A stretch of 64,000 nt of DNA from Squalus acanthias (taxonomy: Eukaryota): the NCBI GenBank assembly GCA_030390025.1, contig CM059435.1, forward strand, positions 89,218,001-89,282,000. Direction: 5' to 3'. Of this stretch, positions 35,591 to 48,028 are shown piece by piece. Within the stretch, counting starts at the first letter, position 1. The number at the start of each line of letters is the position of its first letter. The notes below the pieces were generated by a model. The model did no database searches. It was not told the DNA's origin and saw only the letters and a list, made by a program, of their open reading frames with translations. The position numbers were made by a program, and so were the translations under genes.

Positions 35591-38179
35591 TAATTATCCG
35601 TCTTTCAATCATGAAAAAGTCTAAAAATACTTCTGCTGGGTGGGCATTTTACTTTTGTAATAAAATGTTATGGTGAATCATGAATCGCTTCAGCACTGAA
35701 GGCAAAGATTACTGCAGTGCTCCAAAAATGTGGACAGGGAAATATCTGAGGTCATCGGGGTTACCACTGGAATATACATAAAAAGATACACCAAAAACGT
35801 AATTGTCTAACTTTATATTTTTCAGCTCACAAGGCAAGGCTCATCTTATTCCTTTAAACAAAGATGATAGTTTTACCGAGGATTGTGAAAATATGGTCAT
35901 TTGAATGGATGGTTTTGATTTGCAAGTTCAACCAAATAGCCAGAAGTAAAAATCTAATTATTGAGCGGACTATTTTGAACCTAACAGGAGTTTCTCCGCT
36001 ACCAGATTAAGGTGTAAAAGAGATGTTTTGTGAAATATTCAATCCTAAGTGTTTCACAATCGTTTATCACCTACTGAAACCTGTCCTTGCAAATGGGGGT
36101 TAACAAATGGTTTTGTTCTAAGGCACTAACTGGGTACTTTGTTGTTAATCATTGTCAGCACTCCTATAGGGGCCAATTTCCATCCCCTCTGCTGGGCAGA
36201 AACAGAGTGGTAACACAATCAAAATATCAGGGCAGCACTTATCACCTTGTTTCTTCTGAGGTCTGTGTCTCCACCATTTTGGGAGCCTCATTAATGCACG
36301 TAAATTGGGGTCCTATGACATCATTAGGACCCCGATACAGTTTTGTAGTTCCCATGGAAAGAGTGCGCGCCACTCACCCATTGGTACATGACATTGAGCG
36401 GACTAACCAACGGCCCTTAAAGGGACCACTGTAGGCTGCTCAAAAAAAAATGAAACTTTACCCCATACTTTTTTTTAAATTTAGTTTTATCCTCGTCACT
36501 TCCTCTAGCTAGGAAGATATGCCCTTTAAGAGATATCCATTGCTGTTCCACTACAAATATAAATTAGTAAAATACTATTGCTCCTACGGAATGTACATTT
36601 GAACAGAACTTTGTTTTAAATATTCAGTCATTTCAAATAGTAAATCACTATTTTCCTTTATAACAAAGGCACACTGATTATTACTTTATAAAATACAAAT
36701 TCAACCTTCATCATTCATAGATCACATATTTCTATACCGTCCCCTTAGAAACATGCTTTCCTCAAACCATGGTTGCACCCAATAGCTGTAATATATTTAT
36801 AATCTTGGCTTGGTGCCTGCATGTAACAATAGTCCTGGCAACACTGCACGCTTCATGCATAAACACCCTTTACAACACCAGTGGGGCACGTGTAGTGCAA
36901 TGACTGACACAATGCAATGATTATAGTGATAGAATGATAAACAGTGGAAAAAATGTGCAATGTGTACATAATTCCAAAGTTAAACAGAGTCCATAAGTAA
37001 CCGATAACATCCAGCTGATTATGGATAAACCTCTAAGGTCCCTAATTACAGCAATTATGCACCATAGCTCAAATTATGAGAGGGGCAGAATTTTTTTCCT
37101 AAGCACAGTTAGTTGTGTTGTTTCAATTTAGTTTTATATGGATTTCCATTTCAGCTAGTTATAAAAACACCGCTAGTATCAGGGTCCTGGATTGTGAGGT
37201 AATGTGTATTTAAAGCTTAGCTTTTACAATATTCAGCTATTGGTGCACCTTGCGTACGTATATCTTTAATATATTAAATCCGTATATGGGTCATACATTC
37301 CATTGAGAAGTCCTATGTAAACATATCCTATGGGGAATCACATGTCAAGATGTCCACTCTAACTGTTATGCCAGTAGGTGCCGCTCTAATAGGATTTTTC
37401 ATATTAATTTTAAAACTTGTCTGCAATGCCCTTTTCTCACGGTCACACCATCACAAAGCCTGCTGATTCCCTGAGGCTTCTTGGTTACAGCTCCATCTGC
37501 TGCTGTGTGTTCCAGACTTAACTTCTTTTATTTTTAAACATTCTTTTGAACTTATATCTTTAAAGTTAAATTGTTAGCACTTTTTCTTGCCTGTATCCTT
37601 CTGGGCCGATTCCTGCTCCCACTTCCAAGTTTCCTGTTCTTGTACTAGGCTGCCACCTTTCACTGCTCCACAATCTCCAGCTCCTATTTTGCTACTGGGT
37701 CATTGCCGCTGTCCCAAGACCTCTAGCTCCTGCTTCTCGATTTCCCGCCCCTGTATGGGGCTGCCAAGCTGCTCCATTTCCGCCATCCTTCTGCCCTGGC
37801 ACCTCTGGTACCTGGTTCCTGTTTCTCCTTGCCTTTCCTGCGGCTGTTACAATGATCCTACTACAGCCACGAAGATAGTGTAATATCCAGTTTTTATTTG
37901 AATCTTGTAAAATAGGTTACTGTGGATCAGTTAGGTGTTATCTTAACTGGATGCTTGCACAGTTAAAGAACACTGGCACTTGATTAGTACACATGATCTT
38001 CCATATCCACTGTAATACAAGACCTTTCAGATACTATTTACATCCTGGAAACGGTGTGCAAATTAGTAGTCGATACCTGTACTGTACACTCATAGAGGTG
38101 TGAATAAAGCCTCAAAATGGAACAGCTCTGCTTTGTACCATGGAACATTAAAGTGAATTAACAAATAATCACATTTACT

Positions 38180-38341
38180 GGAGTAATTTTCACCTTGATT
38201 GCTAGCCCAACGGATTGCTTGCCCATTATCGAAACCGCCCATTGATTTCAATGGAAATTAAAGTCCGGCGAGTTCGATAATGGGTGGGCGATTGGCTCCA
38301 CCAGTTTCCCGCCTGAATGGTGAAAGTAAAAAATTATCCTC
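38180..38341. mobile_element. Short palindromic MITE-like element
   Basis: Ends ggagtaattttc / aaaattatcct; internal inverted repeat cccattatcgaa..ttcgataatggg. Confidence 0.55.
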
Positions 38342-38607
38342 ATGGTGTTCTGTACAAGTTCACAATCACGTAAATTTCTAATCAACCTGGCAACGTAAAT
38401 GGAAAATATTGACTACTTTGCAGTATTTATCTATAATGCACAAAAGCTAAGAGGAATGACTGTTTACAGGAAAAATACTTAAGAAATATTAACTCACAAG
38501 TGCCACAAATGCCTGATAGAAGGATTTGTCCACCTACTTCCTTCTTCATTCTGCACTCCCCGCCCCAAACCATTGATTCAGGCCATGTGTTATCTATCTA
38601 TTGGGGG

Positions 38608-38700
38608 AGAGGGTGTAATTATTGTAAAACTCATTTACATAGTCACTTTCTATTATAAATGTGGACATAGGAATTTATAATGGTAAAGGTTGACAGGAAA
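38608..38700 (+). repeat. Single arm of the hairpin element found at 38887-42075
   Basis: gagggtgtaatta..attataaatgtggacataggaatttataatgg matches 41998-42072. Confidence 0.7.
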
Positions 38701-38917
38701 TAGGCGCAGATGTAATTTTTTTAATACATTAACTAGTTGAGTTCCTGTGGCATTGCACGTGGGGATTCAAGACCAAGTGTAGTCTTCAGATTAAGTAAAT
38801 TAGAGGGTGGAGGATAATTGGAACAGGGTACGGAAATGTAATTCAATCCCCAATTTAAAGTTATACATTTCATCCTTATTTTTATATTTCCATCATCAAT
38901 TTCTATGTCCACATTTA

Positions 38918-41912
38918 GGGCTGGATTTTCTCTGCGCTGGCAGGATGGTGGCGGAATAGCTGGTTGCCGGGTTCCGCTCCCGCTCCCGGCTGCAGCCGCT
39001 CTGTCAAAAAGATTTTCCCTCGATTGGCCTTATTAAGCCTGCCCTGCGGGCTTCTCGGCCAATTAACAGGAAGTGGGTCTGATGAGGTCATTTGATGACG
39101 CGTCATCAGCCGGTTTCCATAAAGGGTGTGAAGGAATAAGCCATATAACCTATTCAGAAAAATACACCATTCTATGAAAGAATTCTGGCCTTATTAAAAC
39201 ATGACAAACTGGGTTTGGAAATCTAGAAACCTAACGATGAAAAAGCTGTGAAAGCATTCTGGCTATAGAGATAAGATAGTTGTTGACACTGAATCAATAA
39301 CCTTATTGAAACAGAAGGTTAAAGGCTCCGGTAGTCTGAACCTTTCAGAATGAAACAATGGTTCAACCTGTACAAGGTGTTCTAATTTACACTTCGTAAA
39401 GAAGCACATAAAAGTAAGAAACATCTGCCTTCGTAAAAATGACATCAAGTAAAACACACCTGCCGTCACACCGTTTTTTATGGTAACCTCAGAACACCTA
39501 GAGAGGAGATATAATTCTGTAATGCTACCAGCTGAGGTGACTAAGAATTGCAGGGGTCGGCAGAAAAATGACTGGAGATAATTAGCTTACATCAGCAGAA
39601 AACCTTAAAGGAAATACCACTGGAAAAGGATATAAATATTGAACTCTCAAATGGGATAACAGACTCGCTTTAAAGGGGCAAAGCGATTCTCGGCTTCAGA
39701 GGCGGCTCTGTAAGTCTCCAACTCTTTATACCCCGGGGATCAAAGGTATTTGATTTTGGTGGATATCCTGAATAGAACTTTAAGAACTGTAAAACTGTAG
39801 CGAAGTTAAGATTTGAGAGTAAGGTTCTCTGATAATAGAATTGTAAGCTTTCTCTTTTTGGAACTGTTAATGTTGCGATTGACTCACCAACTGTAAATTA
39901 CATGTCGGTTCTTTAATAAATCTATATATTTTTAGAATTGTCTCACATAAGACTTCTGTATCAAACTTGCAAACTCAATCTCTGTACACTCTTTGGTGAG
40001 GAGTTGCAGAATTCTGGGGGAGTTTTCTGGACCCTCATAATATCCAGAACATTACAGTCTAGCTAAACTTATTAAACGTGCTATCTGGAGGACGGTAACA
40101 TTTTCAGGTTGTTTCTTTTCTTTAGGGAGAGATAGTCCGGACCTTTAGACCCAATTAAGCGTCTTTAGGATTCGGCAACCTCAAACTTTAGTTGAAAGTG
40201 AACGTCTGAGGAATACGCCTGATCTGGGGTAGCCCTAAAAGGGCTAGGACTAGTAATTATCCCTTCAAGGGAACATGGCCACATTAAGTTTGACAGTTGT
40301 TCTGTTAGTGTTTTATAGCATTGAGGTGCTGCAAACACTGACAAGCACTGTACAAAGGTGGATGGTTGCACCCAGGCTCTCCAATGACTCCCTCCATATG
40401 CTTATGGAGGGAGTCACAGCACGCAGGGAGGTTCTCTTCCCTTCCAAGGGCGGAAGAAACCTCCCCAGGATACCAACGCAGCCTGGTTGCACATTGCACA
40501 GGAGGGCAAAAGCAGGGATGTCGTCAGGAGTCCCTGGCTGCAGTGACGCCAACCTTTCAATGATCTCAGTGGATCACGAAACGTTACTGCAAAGCCACAC
40601 TCAAACTCACCCTGCTGTGCCACTCAACACATCCTTATCACTCTGCCTTCCATACCCTTCTCCTGCACATCCTTACTCACACCAACTTACCTTGCACCTC
40701 CACCCATCCCTCTCTATCTACATTATCACATTTCCATCTCACTAGCCACCCCTCACACTGACCCTCATCTTACTGCAAGCATACCAACTAACAACACACA
40801 AGGGTAGGCACTTGAGAGGTTTAGCCAATGTCCATGTGAAGTTTCTGGTAATGTGTTGTCATACAGTGAAACCTATATTTTCAGCACTGCCCCTTATTGG
40901 ACAGATCTGTGTGCACCTTGAGAAGTGTCTTACGGAGTTCCAGTGAATGTTGAGACGTAACTTCCGCCCCCCCCCCACCTAAACATTAAAGGGATGCTTT
41001 ACGATGCTGGTATGGGATGGTGTCAACCTGGCACATCATGTGGCAGCCAGGGTGTACAGCATCAAGTGAAGTAAATCTGGCCATGGTGATGCCATTGCTG
41101 ACCTCCCGGGCAGCAATGTTGTCAGGGGCTGATGCCCTGTGTCCTGTGCAGCATCAGGTGATGGCGAGAAGGTTGGCCTTGTTGTTGGTGCTGCTGGTGT
41201 GCCTGGTAATGTTGGTGTTGGGGCTGGGTGTGGAAGGAATCAGAGGAGCAAGGTGAGATAGTTTCTAGGGCACCAATGTTGCTGCAATAGATGGCAGCTG
41301 CAGGTGAGATGACAGAAGCAATCTGTCAATGGTGAGAGATTTGTTCCAATGAGGTGGCACTTGATACAAAGTTTGCTCCAAACACTTGTAAGCTGTATAA
41401 AGCTCAATCTGTCTTCCAAATGCAGTAAGCAACAGCTTCTAACCTTGGAAAGTGGACAGCTATGAAATGGGAGCTTTTATAAAACATTTGTAGCTGTCAA
41501 ATTAAGACATACAGTTCGATCGAAATACTTGCAAGCTAAAGAAATCTCTATATGTCTTACAAATGCAGTAACCAACAGTTTCTACGCTCTGAAACTGACC
41601 ATCTGCAACATGGCATCCTTTACACCACTTCTGCAGCTGTCAGCTTATCAGAAACATCAGAGCAGACTCAACGTATGCCAGGGTGAGCTGGCGTGTTCCC
41701 TGAGCAGCGGGTAACCCGTGGGGGAGCACGTAAAATTGGAAGGAAGCCTCAAAATACCATTAAATTAGCTGTTAACAAGCCATTTAATGAGCTCAATTGT
41801 CTCTCCCGCTGCTTGGTGTCGGGTCAGTTCTTCGCTGACAAACCCGGCACACTGTCAATCTTTGCTATTTTGACAGCGGACTCGCCTCCAAACCGCCGGC
41901 AAAATCCAGGCC
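38918..41912. mobile_element. Non-autonomous Harbinger element with Myb relic (~40360-40580, +)
   Basis: TIRs GGGCTGGATTTT / AAAATCCAGGCC, TSD TTA/TTA; APRLSNDSLHMLMEGVTARREVLFP peptide. Confidence 0.85.
39127..40267 (+). mobile_element. Probable solo LTR (ERV or Gypsy-type)
   Basis: TG...CA ends; terminal inverted repeat tgaaggaataa / ttatcccttca; TSD AGGG/AGGG; TATAAA ~39631; AATAAA 39915-39920; no coding capacity. Confidence 0.72.
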
Positions 41913-42075
41913 TTATAGTGGAAACTGCCGATGTAACCTTGTCACACTGTAATTACACCCTCCTGCCAATGGAGGCACTGCATCACCTCCACTGGCAGGA
42001 GGGTGTAATTACAATGTGAGAAGTTACATAGGCAGTTTCCATTATAAATGTAGGCATAAGAATTTATAATGGAAA
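41913..42075. repeat. Long imperfect hairpin element; left tip displaced to 38887-38917 by the Harbinger insertion
   Basis: tggaaactgcc.atgtaac...tgtaattacaccctcctgcca.tggagg-loop-cctcca.tggcaggagggtgtaattaca...gttacat.ggcagtttcca. Confidence 0.85.
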
Positions 42076-42119
42076 GTTGACAGCATTGCCACAAACTACC
42101 TGAGGACTGATTGCATAGA

Positions 42120-43232
42120 CTAGGCTTGTATTCCCTCGAGTATAGAATGGGTGATATAACAGGTGTTTAAGATGCTTAAAGGATTTGATAGAATAGAGAG
42201 AGAGAAACTATGTCCTCTGGTGTGGTGTCCAGAACAAGGGGGCATAACCTTAAAATTAGAGTTAGGCCACTCAGGGGTGATGTCAGAAAGCATTTCTTCA
42301 CACAATGGGTCGTGGACACCTTGGTGTCATATTTAACCCTGAAATGAGCTTCTGACCACATATCCGCGGCATAACTAAGACTGCCTATTTCCACCTGCAT
42401 AACACTGCCCGTCTCTGCCCTTGCCTCAGCTTATCTGCCACTGAAACCCTCATCCATGCCTTTGTTACCTCTAGACTTGACTATTCCAACACACTCCTGG
42501 CTGGCCTCCCACATTCTACCCTACGTAAACTTTAGGTCATCCAAAACTCGGCTGCCCGTGCCCTAACTCGCACCAAGTCCCGTTCACCCATTACTCCTGT
42601 GCTCGCTGACCTCCATTGGCTCCCGGATAAGCAACGCCTCGATTTCAAAGTTCTCATCCTTGTTTTCAAATCCCTCCATAGCCTCGCCCCTCCCTATATC
42701 TGTAATCTCCTTCAGCCCCACAGCCCCGAGATAGCTGCGCTCCTCAAATTCTGCCCTCTTGAGCATCCCTGATTATAATCGCTCAAGCATCGGTGGTCGT
42801 GCCTTCAGCTGCCTAGGCCTTAAACTCCCTCCCTAAACCTCTTCGCCTCTCTACCTCCTTTAAGATACTCCTTAAAACCTACCTCTTTGACCAAGCTTTT
42901 GGTCATCTGCCCTAATTTCTTCTTATGTGGCTCGGCGACAAATTTTTGTCTTATAACACTCCTGTGAAGCACCTTGGGACGTTTTTACTACGTTAAAGGC
43001 GCTATATAAATACAAGTTGTTGTTGGAAATCTGGAACTCTCTTCCCCAAACAGCTGTTGAGGCTAGGTCAATTGAACATTTCAAAACTGAGATTGATAGA
43101 TTTTTATTAGGCAAGGGCATTAAGGGTTACAAAACCAAAGCGGGTAAATGGAGTCAAGATACAAATCAGCCATGATCTAATTTGATGTTGCAACAGGCAC
43201 GAGGGGCTGAATGGCTTAGTCCTGTTCCTATG
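42120..43232 (+). mobile_element. CR1 3' end with a nested L2 (42318-43023)
   Basis: CR1 FFTQWVV is split from IWNSLPQ by an L2 segment ending ctatataaatacaagttgttg. Confidence 0.88.
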
Positions 43233-44297
43233 TCAGCTTTTCATTTATCTGTCATATGTTGCATAGGAGCAGTAGAAAGGCAAAAAGTAGACATTCTGCA
43301 GCCGCACAGTATGTTTGGAATTAGCATTATTATTGTACCCAACATAAAACTTAGAGCTTTCTCTTTTAAAAAAATTATAGTTAAAATACATTTTTCTTCT
43401 TGTTCGCAGCTTTTAAAAGATGCAACTCAGACCAAAACAGGAGTCTGATTCACAGCTGCTCGGTCTTCACTTAGCAAGAAAGATTTAAGTGCAGAGGGAG
43501 AATCAGACAGACTCATTTGTAGAGAGGCTATTTGAAGCTAGTGGGTACTTTGATAAAGCAAAATCAAAATTTAAAAAATTATGACTTAAAAAAAAATTCT
43601 CTATGCGCTGAATGAGACCAAGGCCAGCTATTTCAGTTGAATGGCTCAACATGACAATCTTGGCCTACCTACCAGATATTTGTTTTAAAACCCTATCCTC
43701 CACTCCCCAGTACAATAGACAGGGAGCTCTTTATTGCTTAAATCAGCATTTTGTTCACTCATTATAGTCATTACCAGTTTGAGGTTAATGAGAGCCTCAA
43801 GGATGACAATGACCATTATGCCAAATTATGTTATTACGGTTATCAATCTCAGCCGCATAGTTCTCCTTTACTCTGTTCAGTTGTTGCTTTGTCATGTTGG
43901 GTGGAGGTTGCTGTCTGCACTCTGACAGCACTCTTCAACATTTTCTTTGTCTGTTGTTGCATCACCAGCACTCAAGCACACTTAGGCTTCAGTTTTAATG
44001 ATTGGTTGAGTTGTTTCTGCAATAATAAATGGCCTGATGTTAGCAGAGCTTTTGATTGGCTAAAGTAAATGAATTGCAGACCAACCTCAAATCTTCATTT
44101 GGCCCATTGGTGGATAAGAATGACTGTGCAGTGATTCATTGCTAAGATATTTGAAAGAGTTATTACTTAACCACAGAGCAATTTAAACCAAACTGGAAAT
44201 GCCCCTACTTTGCATTAGAAGCCATTCCTTCCACAAAACCTCACAATGAATACAGAAAAATTGGGATAAAAGCCACACTAGAATTACAGTCAAATTT

Positions 44298-44538
44298 CAT
44301 TATTAAAATCTCATATGTTCTACCAATTATTCCTATACAGGGGAGGGATCATCATATTGAGGTTTGACATTCTCTACTATAGAGCCTATACTACAAATAG
44401 AGGATATGTCATGTTCAATACAGAAATAAAACAAATCCCCCACAAGTGAGACTGTTTGTTAACTAATGAATGAGGAAATTAAAAAAAAACTGTGACAAGT
44501 CATGGATGGGAACATAGTCGTCATATCTCATGGCAGGT
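44298..44538 (+). repeat. 241-bp direct repeat, copy 1
   Basis: Identical to 45518-45758 except one visible substitution. Confidence 0.95.
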
Positions 44539-45517
44539 TCGGTACAAGAACTGTTCAGTAAAAGGCCGCGCAATGGCTTAAACTCGAGTATTCATCTAAA
44601 AATATAGCACTTCAGATTTGATTTTTTAAAACATTCAAAGTTTTAAAAAGGTGCAATAGCTGGCCACCTGATCAGAGCTGCCAGCTTGATGCTCTTTGTA
44701 AGGCAATACATGGAAACATGACATTTTAACACTGTCAGTTTGCAGTATCCCCTGCTGTTTCACTAAATTCTGAGAGTGCAATAAGGTGTAAAGTGTTGGT
44801 ACCTACCTTTGAAAAAAGTGCAAAGATAGCAGTTTTGATCAGGGGACCGCCTATTGAAAATTGTTTACTTTTATTAAAATACGTATGAAGGGCATTTTTT
44901 GGAGGCGGTGTAAACACTCAAGGATAAGACCATTGAGTCTTTATCCCAAATGTTCCTTTAATCTCATATGTTTTAAAATATATATAGCTTTAAAATTCAT
45001 TCCTTTTTTAATGACACTTCATGCATTAGATATGAAATTACTCGCTAGAGTTCCCAGACCACACATGTGATGTAAAATGAGATAGGAACTGTCACTTGTT
45101 CAAGCCCGGTTTACTCTGGAATAAAGCCAGTTGGAATCTGAATCAGTTTGTGCCAAAGCAGTGATGCTGCCAGCTCCAGAAGTACTCCAGAGTTTAAAAA
45201 AAAACCTTCCCTCTGCTGGTGCCCACAATTAGTGCAGTGTATACGCCGGCTTCCAGTGACTCCATAGCCCAGATTTAATACAAGCTGTGGACATTTAGGC
45301 AAAGATGGAGACAACACTATTATGGTGATATGATATTAATGCACTAAAACACTTCACTATTCATCTGTCTTGATCAGTTTTTTGTGCTCAAAATCTGCTG
45401 CTGTACAAGTGGGGCTGGGCTAAAATTTACACAAGTGAAGTCCTCCAAATGTGGCTTTATTCTGTTCAAGATACTCTAAGCATTCTTAGGAAATAATGAA
45501 TTTGTGCCATTATACTG

Positions 45518-45758
45518 CATTATTAAAATCTCATATGTTCTACCAATTATTCCTATACAGGGGAGGGATCATCATATTGAGGTTTGACATTCTCTACTAT
45601 AGAGCCTATACTACAAATAGAGGATATGTCATGTTCAATACAGAAATAAAACAAATCCCCCACAAGTGAGACTGTTTGTTAACTAATGAATGAGGAAATT
45701 AAAAAAAAACTGTGACAAGTCATAGATGGGAACATAGTCGTCATATCTCATGGCAGGT
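45518..45758 (+). repeat. 241-bp direct repeat, copy 2
   Basis: Offset exactly 1220 bp from copy 1. Confidence 0.95.
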
Positions 45759-45859
45759 CATGGAACTTAATTGAAACAGTCCTTACCGTTTACTGTCTCC
45801 TTGATCTTCATGTAGACTGCAGTAAAGGGGTGTGTGTGATATGTTGTTTATTCCAACAG

Positions 45860-46110
45860 GGAGAACTTTTATGGCACCGGCCATTTCAGGCAGTCACAGG
45901 TGATCTCTGTAATATCAGTTAGGGTGCCATGTGTGCATATATACATCAGGTGACTGACACACTTTCAGGAGAACTGGGGAATTAATAGTTGGAATCACAA
46001 CAAACCAGCAGCAAGATAAAGCCATCCAGTTTTGCAGGGTTGCTGGCTTTCCTAAGCTCCAGGGGGCAATAGATGGCGCTCATGTTGCTATGCAAACTCC
46101 AACGGTTAAT
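45860..46110 (+). pseudogene. Harbinger transposase relic (not in the ORF track)
   Basis: Hand translation FQAVTGDLCNIS..QVTD..AIQFCRVAGFPKLQGAIDGAHVAMQTP. Confidence 0.8.
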
Positions 46111-46123
46111 CCACACTGCTTTC

Positions 46124-46395
46124 TTATTTAGGGCTTGGGGGGCGGTAGCCAACTAATATTTTAAAGGAGAGGCGAGAGGGGTGGTACAAGGTGAGGTGCT
46201 TGAAGGAGGATAAAGTACCAGAGTAGTAGAGAGAGAGATCAAGGGGTGATTTGGTGATAAAGGTGACACCGCCACCATGACGGTTTGGGTGGCAGGTGGT
46301 GTAAGTTATAGCTAGGTGTGAAGGCTTCAATAAGGGGCAAGGTGTCACTGCCCATGAGTCAAGTTTCAGTCAAAGCCAGGATGTCAATGCAAACA
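46124..46395 (-). mobile_element. L2/CR1-type endonuclease-domain fragment
   Basis: IDILALTET, R..GGGV.., YRPP motifs of the APE domain. Confidence 0.7.
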
Positions 46396-48028
46396 TCAAA
46401 AGGACACAGCCTGTTATCATACAGTCATAAACAATTCCACCATATGAGTTCTAATGGGTATCCTTAAAAAACTCTCTGTCTCTTCATTAAAACAACATTG
46501 GAGAAACCTTTTGTTGAGGTGAAATGAAAAATGCTAAATTTCATGAAGACAATGCTCCTATAAACTCTCAATGTGTGTTGCTGAACTTGACGGGAACTAA
46601 TTGTTAAGAATATCCTGTACTAAAATATGTGACAAAAGCAATAAACAAAGCAGATACTGGGGTATACTTTTATCTGCTATATAAAGCAAGTAAGAAAGTC
46701 ACTGTGAATATGGAATGGACTGATCACATTTTATACTTGTACCAACTTTTTCATTCAGATTCACAAATGACACAAATACACCTCGATCAAAAGTAATTGG
46801 AGTGAAACGGCGGGGAAGTAAGCTTTTATTTGGTTTTTCTTCTTTCATTAAAGTCTTTGTTACAGTAATTGAATTCTCCTTTCCAGGAAGTTCAGACCAG
46901 AGAATGTTGCCAGCTTCCTTTATTTGGAATCCATCCACTTTGAAACACACCCATGCTGCAGGACGTTTTACTCCAAACTGAAACCAATTCTCCATCGTAA
47001 TTCAATTTAATTAAAATGCATTTTACCCTCCCACTGTCAGACATGCTGTCTCAGAGCTGACACAGTCATCTTCAACATGTGTGGGCTTTTAGTTCAAGTG
47101 TAGCTCTTGTCTTTCCCTGTGCATCATTGTCTATGTATGAGAGACGATCAGCTGGAGCAGTGAATAAGGATAAAATGCTTAATCACCTGGTAGTATAAGC
47201 CAGGCTTAATAGTTGTATCTCTATGGATTAATTGAGTGAACTCCTCCATACAGACTTCTTGTTCTCAGCAGGACAACACTGAGCTCACTTACAGTTAATT
47301 TAGCCACACACCCAAATCAACAAAAACATAAAACCTACCACTGTGGTTGGCTCAGCATGCATGAAATGCAGAATTTCTTTTTGTCAGACAGAAGTAACAC
47401 TTAAGGTTGAGTCGAGCCTCAATGTTAATACAGACACTAGTGTAGTAGAGGTTCAATAGGAAATAGATCCATTCACAGATATTTCACACTGACAAGAATA
47501 TTTCTCTGAGTGGCTGGTTAAAGGAGAGCTGAGAGGGGTGGTACAAGGTGAGGTACTTGAAGCAGGATAAAGTAGTAGGAAGTTTCTCATTACCTGCAGG
47601 ACACCCTGGAGAGAGTGACAGTTCAGGAGATTTCTGAAGCTACACAGTGCCACGAAGGGCTTTTAAGGCATCTGGAGTGGCAGCTAACACTAGTGCAATA
47701 GATCCTTTGAGGTTCAGCCTGAACATAACACTTTCACAGGGCTTTCAGGACCTGACTGGAACTATGGGATCTATAATGACTCTGACCGGTAGGACCTCTG
47801 AACCAGTGCCCTGCAAGCAGTAGTCACAGATGCCACTGTCTCTCCAGAGAGCAGCAATGATCTTGTTTTCTTAAGTTTCCTCCATATCTGAATATGAAGG
47901 AGCTTCAAATATGGGCCTAGTACACTTTTACACTTCAAGAGAGAGGCTTCCAGAGGTTGGACCCTATGGTACAGCTGTATCACTGAGACAGGAGTCACTT
48001 GAGGCCTCTAAGGCAACAAGGAAACCTT

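Noticed and set aside
44298-45758. Canonical LTR retrotransposon or TRIM
   Set aside because: No TG..CA termini, PBS, PPT or TSD visible.
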